Shown: positions 1-8,548 of the stretch, in pieces
Layout: every line of letters starts with the position of its first letter
Numbering within the stretch: position 1 is the first letter of the stretch
The notes under the pieces: generated by a model
The model's input: the letters and a program-made list of their open reading frames with translations, nothing else
Database searches by the model: none
Told to the model about the DNA's origin: nothing
DNA from: Oopsacas minuta
Lineage: Eukaryota; Animalia; Porifera
Assembly (NCBI GenBank): GCA_024704765.1
Contig: JAKMXF010000127.1
Span: forward strand, 1-16,465
Reading direction: 5' to 3'
Length of the DNA stretch: 16,465 nucleotides
Made by a program: the position numbers and the translations under genes

Positions 1-127
1 ATCGACAATATATAAGGTATTAGGGTGAATAATGCGTTAGAATACTTGAACTGACATTATAATAAGATAGTACTCAGATCTAACAGTATTTACATTGATA
101 AACTAGATAGATGGTTTCATTAGAATA

Positions 128-155
128 GGTGCCAAGACTTTTGAAACACCCTGTA
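128..155. mobile_element. Possible right end of a Tc1/mariner-type element (partner end not in window)
   Basis: Reverse complement reads TA-CAGGGTGTTTCAAAAGTCTTGGCACC, a typical TA-flanked CAGGGTG terminus. No partner TIR is visible. Confidence 0.3.
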
Positions 156-197
156 CAAACCTGAAAAAACATAATACAGCAGCATGAGCTACGGACA

Positions 198-281
198 GCG
201 TCAGGTGACGCCAGGAGCGGCGATAAAGCAAAAGCTTTCCATGACCTGCCATGTTTATTACGCAATGACGTCGTTGCGTCA
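198..281. promoter_or_regulatory. CpG-rich cluster of bZIP (CRE/ATF, C/EBP-like) motifs
   Basis: GCGTCA-GG-TGACGC inverted repeat (198-211); TTACGCAA (258-265); near-palindrome ACGCAATGACGTCGTTGCGT (260-279). Four TGACG half-sites in 84 bp of otherwise AT-rich DNA. Confidence 0.3.
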
Positions 282-633
282 TGATACAGTGGGACCCAAG
301 TTCCGTAATCCGAGATTGCCAGATACTAGTCCTTCTATTTAAGGAGTCTATGTACTAAACAGACAGCTGAGACTCATGTAATTCAATTGGAGATTTCAAT
401 TCGGTGATATCTAAATACTTTGATTTGAAAAGAGGAGTTCCAAAACAAGATGCAGGTGAAATACATTTTCTTTTGTTATTAGAATTCTTCAGTACCTGAT
501 AAGACCCCATCGTCATAATCTCTTGGAAGAAGACATTCTTCATAATCAGAATCAATTCGCGGGCTATATAGAAACCATGATTTGTCTTTTATACGGTTAA
601 CCGCCCAACGAATTTCTTCCTCTTCAGGGATGG

Positions 634-1372
634 TTATTGAGGGTCCTGGGTGCGCTTACAAAGTGGTACACTATGATTGGGTGTATATGATTCTTTTATA
701 TTAAAGCAGAGATTAGACTACATAACGCGAGCAACAGGGGCTTTATGTCTAACATCTCGACCATAGACTATTCTATTAAAACACTGAATGGCTCTAAATT
801 GATGTGAGCTTGGGGGATAATACGATTCAATTGTTTGCTGCAAAACTGTACTGAATGCATAAAAATGGATAAGACCAGTAAATCCTCCAGGAATAGAAAC
901 TTGTTCGAGGATATTATGGTAAGTAGTAATACACTCAGTCTTAGCATTGAAGTCTTTGATATAATCATGAAATTCTTGGGTTTGGGGATCGTATAGTTTA
1001 CGGTGTTTCAGTATATCTAAAGTTGTAAATAATCTTAGTCTGAAACGTTCTTCTTGATGCCCATAATCGCTTTTTCATACAGCTCAAAGCAGACAGTTTG
1101 TCAACAAGAACAGGACATGGCACAACATTGTTCAGTATTACTGGGTGGAAACACTTAATAATTGAAACTGCTATAAGATTTGGGTCAGAAGAAGCTTCAA
1201 AAGCTTCAATGGTAGGTGAGTGAGGAATAAAGTCTTGGCATAATTCAAGAATAATTTCCACATTTTGCTCAACAAGTAGTAATTTGTCAGGTAGATTTTT
1301 CATTAAGTATGTCAAAAATTCAAAGAATAGGCCATAAAGTACTTTAGAATTGGTATAAATTTTAAGATGCAT
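634..1372 (-). pseudogene. Vertnin-like (OTU-fold cysteine protease) domain, pseudogenised
   Basis: ORF 998-1372 runs to ...VVPCPVLVD, then a frameshift at about 1099 gives NCLL*AV*KSDYGHQEERFRLRLFTTLDILKHRKLYD...PGGFTGLIHFYAFSTVLQQTIESYYPP...FNRIVYGR...ARVM*SNLCFNIKESYTPNHSVPL. This matches vertnin-type motifs D(G)NCLFRA, ALSSVLQ..I.S.YP, NR.I, MWS and PNHFVP. In-frame stops at 1084-1086, 1075-1077 and 718-720. Confidence 0.7.
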
Positions 1373-1502
1373 AGCTTACAAAGAAAAGAAAAGTTTGTTT
1401 CATCCCATATGTTCAAGTACAATTGTGTTGAAAGTACAAAGCAACAATTGCAATTATTAACATAAATAAATTCGCTTCATTATCTTCTAAGCAAGATTGA
1501 CA
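1369..1502 (-). pseudogene. Probable decayed PHD-type zinc finger
   Basis: CQSC (1502-1491), C-N-N-C with a 1-nt insertion (1462-1450), a FQHNC remnant in a shifted frame, and terminal CKLC (1380-1369). Spacing resembles C4HC3 but needs frameshifts. Confidence 0.35.
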
Positions 1503-1684
1503 GGACACTTTGTTTTTCTTTGGAAGCATAAATACGTAAACTTGACAGTAACTTACTGATTTCGCTGGATAGATAACAAAATACATGAAATAAAAAAATA
1601 AAAATAGAATACTGAGAAATCTAGATTAATATATTTCACCATTTCCACCGTTTTCCACCACTTTCATCCATTCAGTCAGACCCA

Positions 1685-2190
1685 TTAAATATCATTTTGT
1701 TCTAAAGTACGTAGTTGAAGTTGGATAACTATCCGTTTGGCTACAAAAATAATTGTACATTGAGAGATAACATCAAAATGAAACAGTCCTATAGTGTTAT
1801 GTATCTGATGCAATATAACACCCAGCTTCTGACCGCCATACACAAGGTTGCATTGTGTTGGGATCAGACATTTGTCGTGCATGAATGCCTCGTCAATTCT
1901 CCAATAGTGAGGATCATCATGAGTAGCATTGATGACTAATACATCTATTTGAGCTAGAGCTCCTAAAATAGCTAATTCAACGGTAGTTCCCCATTCGTCC
2001 TGCAATTTAATGCAGTCCAAATGTTCATAAAATTCCTGCTCAAACGTAATTGCCAGACATCTGCATGACGTTTAGTATTTGTCTTGGTTTTCACAAATTT
2101 TAACAAATAATTTAGTTTTCAATTGGTTATACAATGTCTCTGTACCGAAAATTATATGAGAGAGAGTTCGGTATAAGCAATTACCGTCAC
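1685..2190 (-). pseudogene. OTU-family deubiquitinase-like domain (main part), pseudogenised
   Basis: From 2188: DGNCLYRTLSHIIFGTETLYNQLKTKLFVKF. After a frameshift at about 2040-2075: FEQEFYEHLDCIKLQDEWGTTVELAILGALAQIDVLV...GLFHFDVI. OTU Asp (2188-2186), Cys (2179-2177), WG..xEL helix and His (1780-1778) are all recognisable. Confidence 0.8.
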
Positions 2191-2632
2191 CATAGACTAC
2201 TATACAATACAGATAGGAAAGTAGCCGAGTAACGAATAAAAAAGAGAGGTCATTTTATACATCTCATAAAAGTTAAATTAACCCTTCAAAATTTGTAAAT
2301 TGAACTTTTTTATTGTTAGAAAATGTAAGGAATCAGTTAAAACTACTTAAAAGGTTCAAACGGCCATCCTTCATCTCGTTTAGCCGCATTCAAATCACAT
2401 CAAAATTCACACAAATGCTCATCAAAAATAGAAATTCTTGTATTTCGATGAATTAATGTCCTCTATTTATTCATATGGTATATATAATTAGCACGTTTTC
2501 TTTAGAATAGAATTCGGATCACATCTTCATATCATATTTTTGAAAATTTATAAATCTATTTTTGATAAATATATTATTTTCATGTCCATGGTATAATTCA
2601 TAAATTTTTCTTCCAATAAGCTATCTTTAAAA

Positions 2633-3187
2633 GGGGTTGTTTTGCAGAAATTGGTCCCCTATAAAACTGGTCCAGTGGGGCCAGTTTCTGCAAATTTCAA
2701 ATTTCTTGTAGAATTTGGTCCCCCATGCAGAAATTGGTCCCCCCGGTTTAACTACTGATTGTGGTTAAATGCGGTTAACACAGCACTTTATAGATTCCAC
2801 AAATAATTGACAAAATGTTCCTCTTGTCCCCCATTAGTGATTACTTAATAGGCTTATTTGTGGAATCTATAAAGTGCTGTGTTAACCGCAATTTAACCAC
2901 AATCAGTAGTTAAACCGGGGGGACCAATTTCTGCATGGGGGACCAAATTCTACAAGAAATTTGAAATTTGCAGAAACTGGCCCCACTGGACCAGTTTTAT
3001 AGGGGGACCAATTTCTGCAAAACAGGGTGCATGCTTTAGTTAGAATTTTAAGTTTGTCATTAGTTAGAATTTTCTGAATTGTAACAAGTTAGAATCAATT
3101 TTTAGTCGATTGTAACAAGTTAGAATCGACTAAAAATCGATTCTAACTTGTTACAATTCAGAAAATTCTAACTAAAGCATGCACCCC
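2633..3187. mobile_element. Palindromic MITE with GGGGTGCATGC termini, nested in the P-like element
   Basis: Removing 2638-3028 restores GGGGTGCATGCTTTAGTTAGAATTTT...AAAATTCTAACTAAAGCATGCACCCC. It is flanked by TTTAAAA on both sides (2626-2632, 3188-3194). Superfamily uncertain; an AGGGG/TTAA (Kolobok-like) reading is possible. Confidence 0.75.
2638..3024. mobile_element. Ginger-like (TGT...ACA) MITE, 387 bp, innermost insertion
   Basis: TIR arms 2638-2806 and 2854-3024, near-identical apart from homopolymer indels, with a 47-bp spacer. Perfect 4-bp TSD GGGT (2634-2637, 3025-3028). TGT/ACA termini. Confidence 0.85.
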
Positions 3188-3526
3188 TTTAAAATATGGA
3201 TTTAATTTGAGTGTGAAGTACACATACGAATTCAAACATAATTACCATAAACTACATTTTTAACAAAAATATTTTGAGAAAATAGTCAAATTATATAAAT
3301 GCTAACGTCATCGCATAAATGGTGGCTAAACGAGATGAAGGATGGCCGTTTGAACTTTTTAAGTAGTCTTAACTCATTCCTTACATTTTCTAACCATAAA
3401 AAAGTTCAATTCACAAATTTTGAAAGGTTAATTTAACTTTTATGAGATGTATAAAATGACCTCTCTTTTTTATTCGTTACTCGGTTACTTTCCTATCTGT
3501 ATTATATAGTAGTCTATGCCCGTTAC

Positions 3527-3554
3527 CTATACTGTCCAAAATACTATGATAGCC
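3527..3554 (-). pseudogene. N-terminal piece of the OTU domain displaced by the transposon
   Basis: Reads GYHSILDSI(G). Joined across one TSD copy it gives GYHSILDSIGDGNCLYRTLS in frame. Preceded by in-frame stops. Confidence 0.6.
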
Positions 3555-4347
3555 TTAGTTTTAGGCACACAGTAATCTTGGTTATAGTAAAGTTATTGAC
3601 AGAATCTGAACCAGATAATGGGTCAATATATACTGAGTTAACTTCTTGCTATGGATTAGAGAAGCTAGTATCAGTTAATGACAAATCCATTAAAGAAGCA
3701 TCAGTTTGTGCCATGGAGGGATGGGTAGATATTACCAAGATCGTTTGGAATAATTCTTATAATCTACGTTTCTAACCTATACCCCTCCTGATGGGGAGTA
3801 GTTACCCCTACATGTACATACCATCACCTTCAAACCTCTAAGGTTCTATACTTTACTCAATGCGACCCTCTTGATCATAGGGACTTTCGGCACTCATGGC
3901 ATGGTGTCTATTGATACTGAAGATTTTTCTATTTTACTTATCGCAACTGAGAATTTTGACCTCGCAGAATATTCTAGAATAATACTTGTCAAGCATTTAT
4001 TGTTACTTTTCACATTGATGTTACCATAGATAGTCTATGATACACCTGTTTATCAATTAAACTTCCTTAGCTTAGACGAAGGTATAGTGTGAATTATTGA
4101 AAATAGTCAAATCTCAAAATATAAGAATTATTCAGGTGGTATTCCTTGAAATTGGGTGCAAATGGCTATAATTAAATTCTTGCATCTATTGATTTCCATA
4201 CGTATGTATAAAAAGGAAGGCCTTATCCTAATTCTTGAATATTTATATCTTAGAATATGTTATATGTATCGATTAAATAGGGGGCATAATGTATACGTAT
4301 ATTACTATAGGTATTGGCCTATTCCACTGGTAACATTAATTCTAGTA

Positions 4348-4681
4348 ATGATCAGATATAGACATTTGTTCCGCAGTTTAGCTCCGGCCAAACACTCGAA
4401 TATATTTATTTCCCTACCGAGGTATTTTCACTCAGAGGATGAACAGTCTGTCTCTCAAATTGGATCTGTTCTTGACAGGACAGACACAACTCTAAAGCAG
4501 AATGGAGAGAGTATCAGAGAGATGGTGACTCGGTTAGATACTACTTTACATAGGATAAGACAAGGTGGAGGAGAAGAGGCTAAGAAGAAGCATGTAGCTA
4601 GGGGAAAGCTTCTAGCCAGAGACAGGATATCTCTTCTACTTGACCCTGGTTCTAACTTCTTGGAGCTATCTCCTTTAGCTG
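4348..4681 (+). CDS. MCCC2: Methylcrotonoyl-CoA carboxylase beta chain, mitochondrial - exon 1
   Basis: ATG at 4348. Basic, acid-free presequence MIRYRHLFRSLAPAK..., then GGGEEAKKKHVARGKLLARDRISLLLDPGSNFLELSPLAG. Donor G|GTAAGT, phase 1. Confidence 0.92.
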
Positions 4682-4815
4682 GTAAGTACAATTTATATTC
4701 TCATTAATGCCATATTACAATATTCTATGTCAGTATTCTATAGATTATATGGGTAGTATAATCCCAGTGTTCTCCCCAGGGCATCTTATCGGTGTATGGT
4801 CATGTGTATCTAAGG

Positions 4816-4894
4816 TAGGGTTCCCAACCTTTTTTACTCGTTGACCCCCTTTATTCTTCCAAGCGGTCCATGGACCTCAGGTTGGGAACCGCTG
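4816..4894. mobile_element. Small hAT (Charlie-like) MITE
   Basis: TAGGGTTCCCAACCT...AGGTTGGGAACCGCTG termini. Degenerate 8-bp TSD ATCTAAGG / TTCTAAGT. Related to 15594-15662. Confidence 0.65.
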
Positions 4895-4944
4895 TTCTAA
4901 GTTATTTTGGGCCTCAATGGGATTAGGTATTTTATGCATAAATA

Positions 4945-5144
4945 CCATATACAGCTTTATTTGTGCAATTTGATTATATTATGCATACACAATTTTATCA
5001 AATGGAAATATACTTGTGCGATACAATCAATCATGTATCTAATAGCAAGTTATTTTCGTTTATAAAAGTTGTGCGTAAAAAATATTGTGCGAAATGCGAA
5101 CGTTCGGATGATTAAATATATCGCACGAATAAAGCTGTGTACGG
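4945..5144. mobile_element. pogo/Tigger-like (Tc1-mariner) MITE, 200 bp
   Basis: TA on both sides (4943-4944, 5145-5146). 25-bp TIRs CCATATACAGCTTTATTTGTGCAAT vs CCGTACACAGCTTTATTCGTGCGAT (21/25). Confidence 0.75.
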
Positions 5145-5331
5145 TAGTTAGTTAAATCTATAAAATACAATGAGGACTAATCACTATTCTAACCATACAG
5201 ACCTCGATTATCCGGAACCTTCAATTATCCAAGCACAAATATTATATAGACATTCCTTAGCTGCTTTGATCTCAAATAGTTCCGATAAATATAATAGAGA
5301 AGTAGAGTCTAATGTATTTAACCTCTTGTAG

Positions 5332-5673
5332 GCTACAAACTGTACGGGTCTGAAGAGGTACCAGCTGGAGGTATCATAACAGGAATTGGCCCCATTAACG
5401 GAAGAGAATGTATGATAGTAGCTAATGATGCTACCGTAAAAGGAGGAACGTATTACCCTATCACCGTAAAGAAACATCTACGAGCTCAAGAGATTGGCGC
5501 CCAGAATCAGCTGCCCTGTATATACCTAGTGGATTCTGGTGGAGCTAATCTACCTAGACAGGAGGACGTATTTCCAGATAGAGATCACTTTGGGAGGATA
5601 TTCTATAACCAAGCTATTATGTCTAGCATGTCTGTACCTCAGATAGCTGCTGTCATGGGTTCTTGCACTGCAG
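5332..5673 (+). CDS. MCCC2: MCCC2 exon 2
   Basis: Acceptor [25 protein letters not shown]...[25 protein letters not shown]...[28 protein letters not shown]...VMGSCTA. Ends at a GC donor, CAG|GCGAGT. Confidence 0.95.
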
Positions 5674-6165
5674 GCGAGTTATATTAGTCCCCTGAAGTTG
5701 ACTATTACTTCATCACAATTCTGAATCATAACCTTGAAGAGATTCAACATTAACAATTTGACCTGATTGGGGAATATAGATTATTCGTCAATGTGGAACA
5801 TTGAAGCAAACCATATTCCTTAGGTAATAATGTTCGAGGGGGACAATAGTCTCTAGTGATAAAGTTCGAGGAACATTATTCACGGAGAACCTGTGTTGTT
5901 TTGAGGGGTGGGCTCGTGGGGGCCCCGCCCACCTACTTTTGTTCCTGGTGACCGTTTTCACTGAGTTTTTAAAAGAGTTAACTTGAATAGGGAGCACTGC
6001 CCCTCCTCTATTTCGATTTTGGCAAACAAACTACTTCGGGGAACACTATTCATTGTTACACCGGATTCACATGGGCCAGATATTTCGGTACAGTACATTT
6101 ACTTACACTCAGTTGCTAATTCTGAGTTTAGTATTATTGATTTATATACACATCCTTACTTATAG

Positions 6166-6538
6166 GTGGTGCGTATGTACCTGCCATGGCTGATGAGAGT
6201 ATTATTGTCAAAGATAAGGGTACCATATTCCTAGCAGGTCCCCCATTGGTACGAGCTGCTACAGGGGAGGTAGTGACAGCACAGGAGCTGGGAGGAGCAG
6301 ATCTACACTGTAGAGAGTCAGGAGTTACTGACTACTTTGCAGTAGATGACAGACATGCTATATCTCTTGTCAGGAGAATTGTGTCTCGTCTCAACAAGAA
6401 GAAACCAGTTGATTTAGAAATTAAGACTCCAGAGGAACCTCTATTCTCTCAACAGGAGATGCATCAGCTAGCTTCTCCTAACGTACAGAAGCCCTTCTTG
6501 ATGTATGAAATACTGTCTAGGATAGTAGACGGTAGTAG
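6166..6538 (+). CDS. MCCC2: MCCC2 exon 3
   Basis: Acceptor TTATAG. GGAYVPAMADESIIVKDKGTIFLAGPPLVRAATGEVVTAQELGGADLHC...RIVDGS. Donor AG|GTGGGT, phase 2. Confidence 0.95.
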
Positions 6539-7031
6539 GTGGGTTATGTTATTCCTGGTATTTAGATACAGATTGTTGTCTGTTTGTTTGAGTGATTTTG
6601 TATTTGAATTGCGGTATAGTCTCGAATGGGTATAGTATATGTGGATCAATTCATTATAGCAACTAGAATATACAATTAAACAAAATAAGAAATTTTAGTA
6701 AGCAAATTTAATACTTAATCTAACTTGAGGCACTAAGCTCTACCGCGCAGCGATCTAGCAAGCAAAGCGCGCTAGTGTTTATAATTTGGAAATGTTTGTT
6801 CATCAAGTTTGACCAATTTATTGGGAAAGTTCGTCGTCAAGTTTTTTCATCTGATAACAATTATCGGTTCGAGGCTTATATTGTTCGTATGCAGTACTTC
6901 CCGCCTCTAGATATACCCTAGAGCAGGGTGTATGCATACTTACGTATTAATTTAAGTAAAATTATTTATAGACATACCCATATTCTGTCAATACTCCCTT
7001 ATCGTAATAATGCTAAATGCGTGGTCTAGGT

Positions 7032-7594
7032 CAGTGTTTCTCACCCTTATCCGAAGTCAGGCACACTAATTTCTTCAATACTTTTCAAGGCACATTTATT
7101 AAGCGTGAATTAAACTTTTGTGAACCCGCGGTGTCAAGGTTACTAGAAATATATCATGGACACTCATAAAATGTGTCATCCATGGTATCTCCAGTAACTC
7201 AAGAATGTGGCAACTTTATACTGACAAAAATTTTGATATTTTGCAAAAGGTATCTTTAGATCGTTTCATATATTCACTTTGAAATTAATGATGCATTATT
7301 TACGATACCATAAGGCATCAAAGAATGGCATATTTTAACAAATAAATGCTTACTATACACACATTTTCACATATTCCTGAATTTTTGCATATAAAGGTTG
7401 ATAATATATTGTTCTAAAATATGCAATACATTTATTCGGGCAAAAATGCACCGTTTCTACAATATTGAATCTACACGTAAAATACCTTCATCTCCGACCG
7501 CATCCCTGGTCCAAAATTCACAAAAGGTTGGCACTACTTATATTTTGGTGACACACTCAACAACGTTCTGAGGTATACCGGTTGAGAACCATTA
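7032..7594. mobile_element. Non-autonomous hAT (Charlie-like) element, 563 bp
   Basis: Perfect 8-bp TSD GTCTAGGT (7024-7031, 7595-7602). Imperfect TIRs CAGTGTTTCTCACCC / GGTTGAGAACCATTA. Confidence 0.8.
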
Positions 7595-7700
7595 GTCTAG
7601 GTTATCTGAACCTGACGAGCCAAGCTCTTAGTTATAATTGTATAGCTAACTCATTTCTTAATTAATAGCTATTACTATTGTATTATCTAATTTTGTTCAG

Positions 7701-8023
7701 ATTTGATGAATTCAAATCTCTATATGGTCAGACGTTGATTACAGGATTTGCACACATCCACGGTTACCCAGTTGGTATTCTAGCTAACAACGGAGTTCTC
7801 CTGTCTGAGTCAGCTCTGAAAGGTACTCATTTCATAGAGCTCTGTTGTCAGAGAGGTATCCCGCTATTATTCGTACAAAACATTTCTGGATTTGCGGTAG
7901 GAAGAGTAGCAGAGGCTGGAGGTATTGCTAAGAACGGTGCTAAGATGGTGCATGCTGTAGCAAATGCTAAAGTGCCTAAGATCACACTGATTGTAGGAGG
8001 GAGCTTTGGTGCTGGAAACTACG
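7701..8023 (+). CDS. MCCC2: MCCC2 exon 4
   Basis: Acceptor [38 protein letters not shown]...QNISGF...[35 protein letters not shown]. Donor G|GTATGT, phase 1. Confidence 0.95.
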
Positions 8024-8350
8024 GTATGTTTGACTGTATACTTGTTATGAGTGCAGTGTTTACCCCCGTTAGGATTAATCTTTGATGCTAACTTAGCATT
8101 TGATTATTTACCTCCAATCGAATAGTTGTTACCTCAAATAGTCCATCTACCAAATATGTTACATCTGGGTGAGTAATACTGCGTATGTAGAATAGTTATA
8201 ATTACACATTCTAATTTGGCATAACACCATTGGCAAGTGGTAATTAGTATGATAACTAAAGGTCTATATTTGGTAAGCCGAATATATTTAATTCAAATAT
8301 CCCACCACTCAATTTTCAGACCAAATTTTATTCGTGAGAATTTGACAGAG

Positions 8351-8400
8351 AAATTATATAATAATAATAATTATTATTATAATAATTATTATTATATAAA
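8351..8400. repeat. Pure A/T tract of alternating (TAA)n/(TTA)n blocks
   Basis: 50 bp containing only A and T, with self-complementary TAA/TTA blocks, about 150 bp upstream of the nested PPM1G ATG. Confidence 0.7.
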
Positions 8401-8548
8401 CACTATGATATCCAATATAAACTGTATAAGATATTGCATACTATCTATATTTACTCTCATTGACTTTATTAATTAGCAAAGCTAATACAGCAATTACGTC
8501 ATCATTTTAAGAATCCTACAGAACTACACTTACTCAAGTTATATAGTT

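Larger units (their letters stand above)
2191..3518. mobile_element. Non-autonomous DNA transposon, P-superfamily-like, with about 195-bp TIRs
   Basis: TIR arms 2191-2385 and 3324-3518 (CATAGACTACTATA...TATAGTAGTCTATG) with few mismatches. Degenerate 8-bp TSD ACCGTCAC (2183-2190) / CCCGTTAC (3519-3526), 6/8 match. CANRG termini with a 7-8 bp TSD are typical of P elements. No transposase ORF. Confidence 0.8.

Noticed and set aside
80-265. 61-aa minus-strand ORF
   Set aside because: TTG start, overlaps the motif cluster and a TIR-like end, no homology recognised.
285-295. TACAGTGGGAC shared with 13007-13017
   Set aside because: Only 11 bp with no partner TIR. Could be a mariner remnant, but unsupported.
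768-968. 66-aa minus-strand ORF (and 1715-1939 on plus)
   Set aside because: Wrong-frame or antisense overlap of the OTU/vertnin-like remnants. The meaningful frame is different.
2638-3180. Short recurring units (GAAATTGGTCCCC; TTGTAACAAGTTAGAATC) as a CRISPR-like array
   Set aside because: They are subterminal repeats inside MITE arms, with no unique spacers, in a eukaryotic context.
3578-3960. 65-aa plus ORF and stop-riddled minus-strand frames upstream of the OTU piece
   Set aside because: May be more decayed coding sequence, but I could not recognise any motif or a transposase.
4156-4347. N-terminal extension of ORF 4156-4707
   Set aside because: Starts at GTG in low-complexity AT-rich sequence. 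ATG 4348 gives a presequence and a normal MCCC2 length.
4455-4691. 78-aa minus-strand ORF (also 5208-5477, 6464-6649, 10557-10772)
   Set aside because: Antisense shadows of MCCC2 exons, with no motifs.
5903-5931. G-rich patch in MCCC2 intron 2 as a G-quadruplex
   Set aside because: Only three separate G-tracts. More likely a repeat fragment.
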